DNA from: Anaerolineales bacterium
GTDB lineage: Bacteria; Chloroflexota; Anaerolineae; Anaerolineales; UBA11657
Assembly (NCBI GenBank): GCA_036011785.1
Contig: DASCOB010000217.1
Coordinates: 1-52,483, forward strand
Length of the DNA stretch: 52,483 nt
Direction of reading: 5' to 3'
In this document: piece after piece, positions 17,531 through 27,353 of the stretch
How positions within the stretch are numbered: position 1 is the first letter of the stretch
Layout: each line of letters starts with the position of its first letter
Made by a program: the position numbers and the translations under genes
The notes under the pieces: model-generated
Seen by the model: only the letters and a program-made list of their open reading frames with translations
Databases searched by the model: none
Told to the model about the DNA's origin: nothing

Positions 17531-17884
17531 CTAATTTGTGCGCTTTTCTTTCAGGCGCGCTTTCTTGCCGGTCAACCCGCGCATGTAATACAGTTTGGCG
17601 CGGCGCACTTTCGCCCGGCGCGTCACGGTGACCTTCTCGATACGCGGTGAGCGTAAAAGGAAGGTTCGCTCCACGCCCACGCCGTGCGAAGCGATGCGGC
17701 GCACCGTGAAGCTGGCGTCGTTGCCACCGCCGCGGGTCTTTATGACTGTGCCTTTGAATTCCTGCACGCGCTCCTTACCACCCTCGTGGATGTGCACATG
17801 CACCGCCACGGAATCGCCGGGATTGATGGCGGGGATGTTCTTGTTTGCAGGCGCTTCCACCGCCTTTCGAATGTGGTTCTTCAT
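17531..17884 (-). CDS. rplS: 50S ribosomal protein L19
   Basis: 117 aa. [27 protein letters not shown]...[27 protein letters not shown] is canonical L19. Confidence 0.95.
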   Translation of the reverse strand: MKNHIRKAVEAPANKNIPAINPGDSVAVHVHIHEGGKERVQEFKGTVIKTRGGGNDASFTVRRIASHGVGVERTFLLRSPRIEKVTVTRRAKVRRAKLYYMRGLTGKKARLKEKRTN

Positions 17885-17957
17885 GGGAAACCTCTGGTGG
17901 TTCTGCCGCTATCGCAATGGCGTGTCGCTTGACCTGCGTTTTCGAGCGACGCGGCGA

Positions 17958-17984
17958 ATTATAGCATAAACTGACACCTGTCAG
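17958..17984 (-). promoter_or_regulatory. Candidate rplS promoter: cTGACA, 15-nt spacer, TATAAT on the minus strand; the -35-like hexamer lies inside a CTGACA-cc-TGTCAG palindrome
   Basis: The reverse complement of 17958-17963 is TATAAT. The reverse complement of 17979-17984 is CTGACA. The palindrome spans 17971-17984. The site is about 70 nt upstream of the rplS ATG. Confidence 0.35.
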
Positions 17985-18045
17985 CGGATGAAAGGCGGAC
18001 ATGTTCGCTGCCGGACGCACCCACGGCTCGCTCCGTGGCGGCAGT

Positions 18046-18054
18046 TGGTATAAT
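18046..18054 (+). promoter_or_regulatory. Candidate uvrA promoter with an extended -10 (TGgTATAAT)
   Basis: TATAAT at 18049-18054 preceded by TG at 18046-18047, 44 nt upstream of the uvrA ATG. No good -35 hexamer was seen. Confidence 0.35.
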
Positions 18055-18097
18055 GGCTGTTTGGATATTATAGAGGCGGTTTCGCGATGGTACACCA

Positions 18098-21031
18098 ATG
18101 GCTCTTGATAAAATTATCGTCGTCGGCGCGCGGGAACACAACTTAAAAAATATCAGCGTGGAAATCCCGCGCGACAAACTGGTGGTGATAACCGGCCTCT
18201 CTGGCTCGGGCAAATCTTCGCTGGCATTCGATACCATTTTCGCTGAGGGTCAGCGCCGCTACGTGGAATCGCTTTCGGCTTACGCGCGCCAGTTCCTCGG
18301 GCAGCTTGAAAAGCCCGATGTGGATCACATCGAGGGGTTGAGTCCGGCGGTCTCCATCGACCAGAGAGGCGTGAGTAAGAATCCGCGCTCCACTGTGGGT
18401 ACTGTCACCGAGGTTTACGATTATCTACGTCTGCTTTATGCGCGCGTGGGCACGCCGCATTGTCCGCAGTGTGGCCACGCTGTCAGCCGGCAATCGGCAC
18501 AAGAGATAGTGCAGGCCATCCGCGGGCTCCCCGGTGACAGCCTCATCCTGCTGCTTGCTCCGCTGGTCAAGGATCGCAAAGGGCATCATCAGGGTGTTTT
18601 CGATGAAGTGCGCAAAGCCGGCTTTTTGCGTGTGCGCGTAGATGGACAAACTTACGATGTGAATGACCTAACTGGCGATGCCGGGGCGCAGTCAACCACG
18701 CCGAAGCTGGATCGTTACAGAATGCACACCATCGAGGCGGTGGTGGACCGGCTGGTACTGCGCGCAGCCGATGAGCTGGGCGGCGAAGAGGAACAGGAAT
18801 TCATCTCGCGCCTGACTGATTCTGTGGAGACCGCGCTGCGTGTGGGGAACGGGATGCTGCTGGTGCAGCCGGTTTCGCCCATGGATACGAGCGCTGATTC
18901 CGGCGAAAACCTGCTTTTTTCAGAGCAAAACGCCTGCGCCCACTGCGGCATCAGCCTGCCGGATTTTGAGCCACGATCCTTTTCGTTCAACTCTCCTCAC
19001 GGGGCCTGCGCGGAATGTCAGGGCTTGGGGCACAAACTTGAAATCGACGCGGCACTGATTATTCCAGACCGCAGCCGCACACTTGAAGAATCCGCCATTG
19101 CGGTGATGGAATGGCGCGCCCGCCCGCTCGGCGAAGGGGGCGGCTATTACTGGCAGGCGCTACAGGGCGCCTGCGCACATTACGACATTCCCATGGATAG
19201 GCCGCTCGCTGAACTTTCGCAAAAGAAGATAGATGTGCTCCTCCATGGCAGTGATGGCGAGCACATCCCTATTCAATATCTCACCCGTCAGGGAAACCAG
19301 GCCGTGTGGCACAATCCGTTCGAGGGCGTAATTGGAAACTTGCGCAGGCGCTACCGCGAGACCGGCTCTGAGTATATTCGTCGCAAAATCGAACACTATA
19401 TGACGCAGCGCGACTGTGACAGCTGCCACGGGTGGCGGCTGCGCACGGAAGCGCTGGCCGTGACAATCGGGGAGGACAACATTGTGCAGGTCACGCACTG
19501 GCCAGTGACGCGACTGCTGGAATGGGCGCAGGCGCTGCCGGAATCCATCCTGAACGTGCGCCAGCGCGCCATTGGGCGGCAGGTCTTGAAGGAAATCACC
19601 TCGCGGCTACAGTTTATGGTGAATGTCGGGCTGGATTATCTCACTCTGGCTCGCTCGGCGGCGTCGCTTTCCGGCGGCGAGGCGCAACGCATTCGTCTCG
19701 CCACCCAGATTGGCTCGCAGCTGACCGGCGTGCTTTATGTGCTCGATGAGCCCTCCATCGGGCTGCATCAACGCGATAATGGCCGGCTGATTTGCACGCT
19801 GAAATCAATGCGCGATTTGGGCAATACGCTGCTGGTGGTGGAGCATGATGAAGAGACCATCCGCGCGGCGGATTGGGTGGTGGACTTGGGACCGGGGGCG
19901 GGCAGCCACGGCGGCGAGGTGGTGGCTCAGGGTACCGCCGAAGCCATCATCGCCAATCCCGATTCGCTCACAGGCGCGTATCTATCCGGCCGGCGCTCCA
20001 TCGCCGTTCCGCCGTCGCGGCGGGCAGGCAACGGGAAACACTTACTGGTGCGCGGCGCCCGAGAGCATAATCTCAAAGGCATTGACGTGCGCATCCCGCT
20101 CGGCAAAGTGGTTTGCATCACCGGCGTATCCGGTTCGGGAAAATCCACTTTGATGAATGACATTCTCTACCGCGCCGTCGCGCGGGAATTGCACCGCGCA
20201 CGCACCCTGGTGGGTGCGCACGATGGCATCGAGGGACTGGAACACATCGACAAGATCATCAATATTGACCAGTCGCCCATCGGGCGCACGCCGCGTTCCA
20301 ACCCGGCGACTTATGTGGGCCTGTTTGACCATGTGCGCAAACTGTTTGCCGAGCTACCCGAGAGCAAAATACGAGGCTATAAGCCCGGGCGCTATTCATT
20401 CAACGTGAAGGGCGGTCGTTGCGAGGGCTGTCAGGGGCAGGGGCAGCTGCGCATAGAGATGCAGTTCCTGCCGGATATATATGTGTCGTGCGATGTCTGC
20501 AATGGTGCGCGCTACAACCGCGAAACGCTGCAGGTGCGCTTCAAGGATTTTACGATTGCCGATGTGCTCTCGCTGAGCATCGACGCGGCGACGCAGGTTT
20601 TCGAGAACTTCCCGGCAATGCAGCGCAAGCTTTCCACACTGCTGGCGGTCGGGCTGGGCTACATTAAGATTGGGCAGCCGGCCACGACGCTATCTGGGGG
20701 CGAGGCGCAGCGGGTGAAAATGAGCAAGGAACTTTCTAAGCGTTCCACTGGTCGCACCCTTTACGTGCTGGATGAGCCTTCGGTGGGGCTGCACGCCGCC
20801 GATGTCGACCGGCTCATCGATGTGCTGCAGCGCTTTGCCGATCAGGGCAACACTGTGGTGATTATTGAGCACCATCCTGACATCATCAAGGTCGCCGACC
20901 ACGTCGTAGATCTGGGGCCGGAGGGCGGCGACCTCGGAGGAGAGATAATGGCCGAAGGTACCCCCGAGCAGGTGATGGCGGTGAAGGCGAGCTACACCGG
21001 GCAATTCCTGCTGAAGTATTTAAAGAATTGA
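18098..21031 (+). CDS. uvrA: Excinuclease ABC subunit A
   Basis: 977 aa. Two ABC ATPase modules ([32 protein letters not shown] twice), zinc-finger Cys clusters, and the N-terminus [16 protein letters not shown]. Confidence 0.97.
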   Translation: MALDKIIVVGAREHNLKNISVEIPRDKLVVITGLSGSGKSSLAFDTIFAEGQRRYVESLSAYARQFLGQLEKPDVDHIEGLSPAVSIDQRGVSKNPRSTVGTVTEVYDYLRLLYARVGTPHCPQCGHAVSRQSAQEIVQAIRGLPGDSLILLLAPLVKDRKGHHQGVFDEVRKAGFLRVRVDGQTYDVNDLTGDAGAQSTTPKLDRYRMHTIEAVVDRLVLRAADELGGEEEQEFISRLTDSVETALRVGNGMLLVQPVSPMDTSADSGENLLFSEQNACAHCGISLPDFEPRSFSFNSPHGACAECQGLGHKLEIDAALIIPDRSRTLEESAIAVMEWRARPLGEGGGYYWQALQGACAHYDIPMDRPLAELSQKKIDVLLHGSDGEHIPIQYLTRQGNQAVWHNPFEGVIGNLRRRYRETGSEYIRRKIEHYMTQRDCDSCHGWRLRTEALAVTIGEDNIVQVTHWPVTRLLEWAQALPESILNVRQRAIGRQVLKEITSRLQFMVNVGLDYLTLARSAASLSGGEAQRIRLATQIGSQLTGVLYVLDEPSIGLHQRDNGRLICTLKSMRDLGNTLLVVEHDEETIRAADWVVDLGPGAGSHGGEVVAQGTAEAIIANPDSLTGAYLSGRRSIAVPPSRRAGNGKHLLVRGAREHNLKGIDVRIPLGKVVCITGVSGSGKSTLMNDILYRAVARELHRARTLVGAHDGIEGLEHIDKIINIDQSPIGRTPRSNPATYVGLFDHVRKLFAELPESKIRGYKPGRYSFNVKGGRCEGCQGQGQLRIEMQFLPDIYVSCDVCNGARYNRETLQVRFKDFTIADVLSLSIDAATQVFENFPAMQRKLSTLLAVGLGYIKIGQPATTLSGGEAQRVKMSKELSKRSTGRTLYVLDEPSVGLHAADVDRLIDVLQRFADQGNTVVIIEHHPDIIKVADHVVDLGPEGGDLGGEIMAEGTPEQVMAVKASYTGQFLLKYLKN

Positions 21032-22221
21032 ACTCGCAGAATGGCCACTTGCTTGCTGAGCGCATCAAGGCGCGCGCCCGTGCGCTCGGTTTTGCTCTGT
21101 GCGGAATCACCACGCCCGACCCACCTAAGAACTTGCCTGTGTACCAGTGCTGGCTTTCGGATGGGCTGCACGCGGACATGGAATACATGGCCGGTGAGCG
21201 CGCCCGCGAGCGTCGTGCCGACCCCCGCGCGCTTTTCCCCGATTGTGAATCCATTCTGGTGCTGGCAGCGAATTACTTTCAGGGTGAGCCACCCTCACTG
21301 GAACCGGTTTCCCTGACCGGCAGAGTGGCACGCTATGCGTGGGGTCGCGATTATCATGACGTCTTGCTGCATCGCCTGAAGGAATTGATTACTTTTGCGC
21401 AGGCGGCGGCGGGGCGACCGGTGCGGCACCGGCTGTACACCGATACTGGCCCATTGCTGGAGCGCGAGCTGGCGCAGCGCGCCGGACTAGGCTGGATCGG
21501 CAAGAACACCATGCTCATCAACGCGGATGTTGGCTCGTGGACGCTGCTGGCGGAGGCCATGTTGGACTTGCCGCTGCCTCCGGATGAACCCTTTCGCGCC
21601 GACCGCTGTGGCAGCTGTACGCGCTGCCTGGATGCCTGCCCGACTGGCGCCATTCTGTCTGACCCACGGCGCGTGGACAGCCGATGCTGCATTTCCTATC
21701 TCACCATCGAGCACCGTGGGGCGCTGCCAGCCGAACGCCGTGAATCTCTGGGCGACTGGGTATTCGGTTGTGACGTTTGCCAGCAGGTCTGCCCATGGAA
21801 CGAGCGCTTCGCGCGGCCGCTGCGTGACCCTGATTTCGCGCCCCACGCACCGTTGCCCCATCCACGGGCGGGAGCGCTGCTTGCTCTTTCGCAGCCGGAA
21901 TTCAGTAGCGTGTTTCGGGGAAGCGCGCTGAAACGCGCCAAACGCAGCGGCCTCTCTCGCAATGTCGTGGTGGCGCTGGGCAACAGCGGCGAAAACGGCG
22001 CTGTTCCATATCTGGAACGCGTGCTCCGCAGCGACCCTGACGTGGTGGTGCGCGGCCATGCGGCCTGGGCACTGGGCCGCAGTGGCGCAGACATGGCGCA
22101 AAGCGCCTTGCGTGCCGCGCGGGAATCGGAGACCGAGCGCGTGGTGCTGCAGGAGATTGAGGCCGCGCTCGCAGGGTGGGGCGGGGTCAAGGAGTCGGCG
22201 TCGCCGACGGCTGCGGAGTAG
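21028..22221 (+). CDS. queG: tRNA epoxyqueuosine(34) reductase with a C-terminal HEAT-repeat region
   Basis: Motifs GLGWIGKNTMLIN, CGSCTRCLDACPTGAI, CISYLTIE, CDVCQQVCPWN and a HEAT-like VVVALGNSGE...VVRGHAAWALGR. The TTG start overlaps the uvrA stop. Confidence 0.85.
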   Translation: MNSQNGHLLAERIKARARALGFALCGITTPDPPKNLPVYQCWLSDGLHADMEYMAGERARERRADPRALFPDCESILVLAANYFQGEPPSLEPVSLTGRVARYAWGRDYHDVLLHRLKELITFAQAAAGRPVRHRLYTDTGPLLERELAQRAGLGWIGKNTMLINADVGSWTLLAEAMLDLPLPPDEPFRADRCGSCTRCLDACPTGAILSDPRRVDSRCCISYLTIEHRGALPAERRESLGDWVFGCDVCQQVCPWNERFARPLRDPDFAPHAPLPHPRAGALLALSQPEFSSVFRGSALKRAKRSGLSRNVVVALGNSGENGAVPYLERVLRSDPDVVVRGHAAWALGRSGADMAQSALRAARESETERVVLQEIEAALAGWGGVKESASPTAAE

Positions 22222-22894
22222 CGGTGGCCGAAGGTTGGCGTGTTGGCGTGGCCGGAGTCAGTGCTAGGAGGTCCACAGGTATGCGTACTTTCTGCCCGAC
22301 GTTGAGCACGTCCGGATTTTCGGCCAGGTCTTCATTCTCCTCCAGAATGGCGTCGAGGGTGGTGTTGAATTTCTCCGCCAGTAGTTGTAGGATGTCTCCG
22401 GGCCGCACGGTGTGTTCAATGATGGTGCCGGGGCTGATGTCGCTGGGCATTGGCGTCAGAGTTGGCAGCTTGAAATCGGTCGGCGGAATCAGTATCTCCT
22501 GATCTACCTGCAGGAGAGAAGTCAGGTCGATGCCCTGTTCCAGGTTGTAGGCGATGAGGGCTTCTATGTCGATTTCATATTCGTCCGCCACAAAATAAAG
22601 CGTGTCGCCTTCCTGAATGACGTAACTCACAGGGCCGCTGCGCGTGGCGGTAGGCGTGAGCGTGGCGGTTTCGGTGGGCTCAAAATGGGTGGCGGTCGGC
22701 AGCACGGGCGTGTGCGTGAAAGTTGGCGTGGCGGTGGGTGTGGCGAACAGGGTCCATTGCCCGGCGGTGTAACGTTGCGCCGCGTAAGCCGCCGCTCCCA
22801 ACACTCCCACGACCATCACCAGCAGCGCAACCACGCGCCAGGTTTTGCTCGCCTGGCCCTTCTCGTCCAGTGTCAGAGCGGTATTTTCCTTCAT
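22187..22894 (-). CDS. Membrane-anchored protein with two LysM domains and Thr/Pro-rich linkers
   Basis: TM helix WRVVALLVMVVGVLGAAAYAA. Two LysM-like repeats: YVIQEGDTLYFVADEYEIDIEALIAYN...ILIP and HTVRPGDILQLLAEKFNTTLDAILEEN...VRIP. The ATG at 22894 is preceded by AGGAAAGGA. The ORF track extends to 23005. Confidence 0.75.
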   Translation of the reverse strand: MKENTALTLDEKGQASKTWRVVALLVMVVGVLGAAAYAAQRYTAGQWTLFATPTATPTFTHTPVLPTATHFEPTETATLTPTATRSGPVSYVIQEGDTLYFVADEYEIDIEALIAYNLEQGIDLTSLLQVDQEILIPPTDFKLPTLTPMPSDISPGTIIEHTVRPGDILQLLAEKFNTTLDAILEENEDLAENPDVLNVGQKVRIPVDLLALTPATPTRQPSATATPQPSATPTP

Positions 22895-22939
22895 GCCCGC
22901 ATCCTTTCCTCGAGCGGATGCCTTCCTAATTGTACCCGA

Positions 22940-22947
22940 ATTATAAT
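22940..22947. promoter_or_regulatory. Self-complementary ATTATAAT element that reads TATAAT on both strands; a possible shared -10 for the divergent LysM and methyltransferase genes
   Basis: Read directly. The element lies about 45 nt from each divergent start codon (22894 and 22998). The -35 elements are weak. Confidence 0.25.
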
Positions 22948-22997
22948 GCGGTGATGTGATTGATTGGAACCGCGCTGCGAGAGAGAATGGTGGCTGC

Positions 22998-23768
22998 ATG
23001 ACCAAAGAATTGATTCAAGCGCAATTCGGCCCCCCCGCGGCGGATTATGTGCGCAGCCCCGTGCACGCGCGGGGCGAGAGCCTGGGCGCACTGCTGGCCC
23101 GGCTGCAACGTGACCCCATTCAGCTGGCGCTCGACATCGCCACCGGCGGCGGCCACACCGCGCTGGCGCTCTCCCCACTGGCCAAAATAGTGGTCGCCAG
23201 CGATATCACTGCGCCTATGCTTCGCGCAGCGCGCGATTGGCTCGCGGAAAATGGCGCAGAGAACGATCACTTCTGTCAGCACGACGCCGGTCTGATTCCC
23301 TTCCTGGAAAGCACGTTTGATGTGGTGACCTGTCGTCTGGCTCCGCATCATTTTGCGGATATTGGTGCCTTCCTGCGCGAATGCGTGCGTGTGGTGCGGT
23401 GCGGTGACCGCGTGGCCGTCATCGACAACGTCATCCCGCCGGAACCTCTGGCCATGCGCTTCATCAATGCGTTTGAGCGATTGCGGGACCGCAGCCACAA
23501 TTTCGAGCACAGCGTGTATGACTGGGAGGCATTTTTCCATGCCGCAGGTATGCGCGTTGAACACCGGCAGCAATTTCGCAAGCCAATTGATTTCGGCGCA
23601 TACTGCGACCGTATGGGCGTCTCCGAGCGCATGCGCACGCGTTTGCGGGTCATGCTGCTGCAGGCGCCGGCGGCGGCGCGAGCCGCGCTTAACCCACGCG
23701 TGGTTGACGGCCGTATGACGTTTGATCTCGGAGAGCTCCTCATTGTTGGGCGGCGGGCCGCCCGTTGA
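22998..23768 (+). CDS. Class I SAM-dependent methyltransferase (Methyltransf_11-like)
   Basis: LDIATGGGHTALAL is motif I. FDVVTCRLAPHHF and GDRVAVID are downstream motifs. The start at MTKELIQ is preferred over 22956. Confidence 0.75.
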   Translation: MTKELIQAQFGPPAADYVRSPVHARGESLGALLARLQRDPIQLALDIATGGGHTALALSPLAKIVVASDITAPMLRAARDWLAENGAENDHFCQHDAGLIPFLESTFDVVTCRLAPHHFADIGAFLRECVRVVRCGDRVAVIDNVIPPEPLAMRFINAFERLRDRSHNFEHSVYDWEAFFHAAGMRVEHRQQFRKPIDFGAYCDRMGVSERMRTRLRVMLLQAPAAARAALNPRVVDGRMTFDLGELLIVGRRAAR

Positions 23769-23817
23769 CCGCGGTCGCGCGGGTTGGTAGAATGCCCTCG
23801 GGTATAATCTGCGTGCC

Positions 23818-25179
23818 ATGAAATACCACATCCATACGATTGGCTGTCAGATGAATGTGGCCGACAGTCTGCGGCTGGCTTCCGAGTTGGAGAAACTTGG
23901 CGGCGCGTCGACAGATGAAATCGGCGAGGCCGATGTGGCCGTGCTGAACACTTGCGTTGTGCGGCAAAGCGCCGAGGATCGGGCCAATGGTTGGCTGCAG
24001 CGCGTGGGGCGCCTGAAGAATGGCGACCACACCGGCCTTGTGGTCGGGTTGATGGGCTGCCTGGTAGGGGTAAAAGGCAACCCGAAACTCGCGCGCGCTT
24101 TCCCGCAGGTGGATGTCTTCTTGCCTCCTTCTGACCCGACCGCGCTGCTGAATCGCATCGCCGACCGGAATCACCTGCACGCTGAGCGCGCGGCTGTCGC
24201 GCGCCGCCATGCGGCCCAGGTAGGCGAACTCACCTTGCCGCTGGCGCAGCGCGGTCGACTGGTCAGCGCGCATGTGCCGGTGGTCTATGGCTGCTCGCAC
24301 GCCTGCACGTTTTGCATCATCCCGTTCCGACGGGGAGTGGAACGCTCGAGGCCTGTCGGCGAAATCACGGCCGAGACGCGTTCGCTGGCGGCACAGAGCG
24401 TGAGAGAAATCACCCTGCTCGGGCAGATTGTCGACCGCTACGGCTGCGATGTCGAAGACGGCCCTGACCTCGCGCAGCTTTTGCGGGTGGTGCATGAGAC
24501 GCCCGGCCTCGAGCGCATCCGCTTTCTGACCTCGCACCCGAACTACATGAACGATGACCTTCTGCGCACAGTGGCCGCGCTGCCGAGGATATGCGAGCAC
24601 ATTGAAGTGCCAGTGCAGTCCGGCAACAACACAATACTGCAGAACATGCGCCGCGATTACACCGTGGAGCAATATCGCAGCCTTGTCGGACGCATCCGCG
24701 AGCATATGCCGGCGGGGTCAATCGCGTGCGATGTCATCGTCGGTTTTCCGGGCGAGAGCGAGGCGCAGTTTCAGGACACTCACGACCTGTTGGCCGAATT
24801 GAAACTGGATAAGGTACACATCGCCAAATACTCGCCGCGGCCGGGCACACTTTCCGCACGGCATATGGTGGACGATGTGCCCGCGGAGGAGAAAGAGCGT
24901 CGCCGCAAAGCACTGGATGACTTACAGGCTGGTATTGTGGCCGACATTAATAATCGCTTGCTCGGAGAGCGGGCGCAGGTTCTGGTAGAGGATTTTCACC
25001 GGGGGAAGTGGCGCGGCCGCACGCGCACGAACAAGCTGGTGTTTTTCGAGGATGAACGCGACCGCACGGCTGAACTCGTTGATGTGGAAATCACTTGGGC
25101 TGGGCCATGGTCGCTGCGTGGCCGGCTGCCTGATGCCTCCGTGGATGCCCCGCCCCCGCTCGCTGTGACGGTTGCGTGA
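23818..25179 (+). CDS. miaB: tRNA-2-methylthio-N6-dimethylallyladenosine synthase (radical SAM methylthiotransferase)
   Basis: N-terminal UPF0004 motif IHTIGCQMNVADS, radical SAM motif GCSHACTFCIIPFRRG, and a C-terminal TRAM-like domain. Confidence 0.85.
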   Translation: MKYHIHTIGCQMNVADSLRLASELEKLGGASTDEIGEADVAVLNTCVVRQSAEDRANGWLQRVGRLKNGDHTGLVVGLMGCLVGVKGNPKLARAFPQVDVFLPPSDPTALLNRIADRNHLHAERAAVARRHAAQVGELTLPLAQRGRLVSAHVPVVYGCSHACTFCIIPFRRGVERSRPVGEITAETRSLAAQSVREITLLGQIVDRYGCDVEDGPDLAQLLRVVHETPGLERIRFLTSHPNYMNDDLLRTVAALPRICEHIEVPVQSGNNTILQNMRRDYTVEQYRSLVGRIREHMPAGSIACDVIVGFPGESEAQFQDTHDLLAELKLDKVHIAKYSPRPGTLSARHMVDDVPAEEKERRRKALDDLQAGIVADINNRLLGERAQVLVEDFHRGKWRGRTRTNKLVFFEDERDRTAELVDVEITWAGPWSLRGRLPDASVDAPPPLAVTVA

Positions 25180-25264
25180 ACTTCGGCGGCCCGACTCATT
25201 AGGAGAGCGTGCAACCGCGAATCCCTGAGGCGGCTGCTTACAGCGAACGAAGTTTGTGCTACGT

Positions 25265-25507
25265 TTATGTTGGGGGTTTGCGCCCGCTTGGATAGCGGTA
25301 GATGATGCGGCCACGCGTCAGGTCATAGGGCGAAACTTCTACCTTCACGCGGTCGCCCAGCAGAATGCGAATGTAATAGCGGCGCATCTTTCCAGATAGG
25401 TATGCCAGCAGCTCGTGCCCGTTTTCGAGCTTGATGCGAAACTGGGTAGCGGGCAGGGCCTCGGTGACCGTGCCCTCCATTTCGAACTTCTCTTCTTTTT
25501 CCGCCAT
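25265..25507 (-). CDS. infA: Translation initiation factor IF-1
   Basis: [63 protein letters not shown] is canonical IF-1. Confidence 0.95.
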   Translation of the reverse strand: MAEKEEKFEMEGTVTEALPATQFRIKLENGHELLAYLSGKMRRYYIRILLGDRVKVEVSPYDLTRGRIIYRYPSGRKPPT

Positions 25508-25574
25508 TTGAAGTGCTCCTCAATTACCGCGTTTTGGTAAGGGTTGCGCACCATGTGCTGGCATCGTTGGCGCC

Positions 25575-25775
25575 CTATCTGCGTGTGTGCTGTCGCCGCC
25601 GAATGCGGCGAATGGCTTTCTTCTTCTCGATGCGGCGCACTTCGCTTTTTGAGATAAACCAACGCTTCTGGCGTACAGCAGCCAGGCGCCCGCTGCGCAT
25701 GACTTTCTTGCGGAAGCGTCGTAGCAGCTCTTCGGGCGATTCGCTGGGTTTGATTGTCACCTTAGTCAGAGTCAT
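25575..25775 (-). CDS. rpsU: 30S ribosomal protein S21
   Basis: MTLTKVTIKPSESPEELLRRFRKKVMRSGRLAAVRQKRWFISKSEVRRIEKKKAIRR fits S21. The start at 25775 overlaps the upstream S1-gene stop by 14 nt. Confidence 0.8.
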   Translation of the reverse strand: MTLTKVTIKPSESPEELLRRFRKKVMRSGRLAAVRQKRWFISKSEVRRIEKKKAIRRIRRRQHTRR

Positions 25776-27024
25776 CACCCCCTTTTTTTTCCGGCAATTG
25801 GCCGACCGTCTCGTCGACATTTGATACATCTTCCGGCTCGACCCTCTCCGCTTCCTCGGGCGTTTCCGATATTAGCGCTGCTTCGGTATCGGCCTCAAGC
25901 GTCGGTTCAGCATCGTCGCGCTGCTCCTGCACGTCGGCCAGATCTTGTAAGCTCAACCCCACGCGTTGCCGCTCCACATCCAGACTGACCACTCGTAGCG
26001 TGAGTTCGCAGCCCGGGACAACTTCCGCACCACCCTCAGATGGGATTTCAGTGCTGTGCAACAGGCCCTCAATGCCATTGCCCAGATCGACAAACGCGCC
26101 AAATTGAAGCACGCGCGTGACATGCCCGACAATCGTTTCTCCGGGAACAATCCAATCCTCCACTGAATCCCACGGGCTGGGTAAAAGCTGTTTTATGCTC
26201 AGGCCAATGCGTTGTCGATTGCGGTCGATTCTAATGACCATGACATCGACCTCATCGCCCGGCTGAACGGCATGACGCGGGTGCTCGACTTGCTTCCAGG
26301 CTAGTTCAGATACGTGCACCAGGCCATCCGCCGCGCCAAGGTCCACGAAGGCACCGAACTCCCGCACGCCACTGACCGTTCCACGCAGCACCTGTCCTTC
26401 GTGCAACTCCGCGAGCAGCTGTTCTTTTTTCTTTTCTCGTGAGGCGCGCTGAGCCGCGCGCTGCGAAAGTACCAATCGGTGGCGCTGCCGATCCACCTCA
26501 ATCACTCGCACAGTGATTTCCTGGCCGATTGCCTGCTCCAGCTTGTCCATGCGTTCGGGCTCTGGCATGCCGCGGGTGACGCTGACAAGATGTGATGCTG
26601 GCACAAAACCGGGCAGACCATGATATGAGACCACGACCCCGCCGCGATTGCAGCTTTCCACCGCGCCAGTGAAGACTTCCCCGGTTTCCATCAGCGCCTC
26701 GGCATCCAGCCATGCCTGATGTTGACGTGCCTGAAAGACCGAGAGGATGGGGCTTTTCGCGCCGTGACCTTGTACTGTAACCAGCACCTCGATGTCCTTT
26801 CCGGCGCTGTATTCGTCCAGCCGCTTACCCGCGCGTTCTAAGTCGGAAAGCGGCACTAACCCTTCGCGTTTCAACCCGAGGTCCACCAGAACGCCGTCTG
26901 AACGCGCGTCAATTACGGTGCCGTGCAGCAATTCGCCATGCCCCGGTCGTACCACATCCACGTAGTCCTCCAGCAGGGTGGCGAAGTCATCTATTGGCGC
27001 GTTTGCGACCGATGGTTCTTTCAT
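25762..27024 (-). CDS. rpsA: 30S ribosomal protein S1-like protein with four S1 domains and an acidic C-terminal tail
   Basis: Repeated S1 OB-fold signatures (G.V......G..VDLG...GL.H.SE) occur four times across 420 aa. Confidence 0.85.
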   Translation of the reverse strand: MKEPSVANAPIDDFATLLEDYVDVVRPGHGELLHGTVIDARSDGVLVDLGLKREGLVPLSDLERAGKRLDEYSAGKDIEVLVTVQGHGAKSPILSVFQARQHQAWLDAEALMETGEVFTGAVESCNRGGVVVSYHGLPGFVPASHLVSVTRGMPEPERMDKLEQAIGQEITVRVIEVDRQRHRLVLSQRAAQRASREKKKEQLLAELHEGQVLRGTVSGVREFGAFVDLGAADGLVHVSELAWKQVEHPRHAVQPGDEVDVMVIRIDRNRQRIGLSIKQLLPSPWDSVEDWIVPGETIVGHVTRVLQFGAFVDLGNGIEGLLHSTEIPSEGGAEVVPGCELTLRVVSLDVERQRVGLSLQDLADVQEQRDDAEPTLEADTEAALISETPEEAERVEPEDVSNVDETVGQLPEKKGGDDSD

Positions 27025-27308
27025 AACCTTTTGATTAAACTAAAACCGGCACCTCCATGTGACACTGGCGCCGATATGCATTGAGTATTGGGAATGCGGA
27101 CTGTCGCCGCACGGTTTACTTAACCCAACATTTCTCCGCTCAATCCAATCCCGCCCCCGGCAACCGACTGCCCACCGGGTAACCTGCCGCTGCGCACTGA
27201 CACCAACATCAGGTCCGAGTATTCACACTTTAGACTACAAGTGACCACGGAATAATACCCCCCGCAGTCACGCAACCCCGCGTGCAATCGCGCGGGAGTT
27301 CAGGCTGG

Positions 27309-27337
27309 CATTATACCTCCGCCCGGTTAAGTCGTCA
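27309..27337 (-). promoter_or_regulatory. Near-consensus sigma70-type promoter (TTGACG, 17-nt spacer, TATAAT) for the S1 gene, implying a leader of about 275 nt
   Basis: The reverse complement of 27332-27337 is TTGACG. The reverse complement of 27309-27314 is TATAAT. The spacer is exactly 17 nt (27315-27331). Confidence 0.55.
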
Positions 27338-27353
27338 AACCACATTACTGCCA

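Noticed and set aside
27268-27295. GC stem-loop CCCGCG/CGCGGG considered as the terminator of the 27354-30122 gene
   Set aside because: No U-tract follows it on the minus strand. It also lies downstream of the strong TTGACG-17-TATAAT promoter, so it is more likely the 5' end of the S1 leader.
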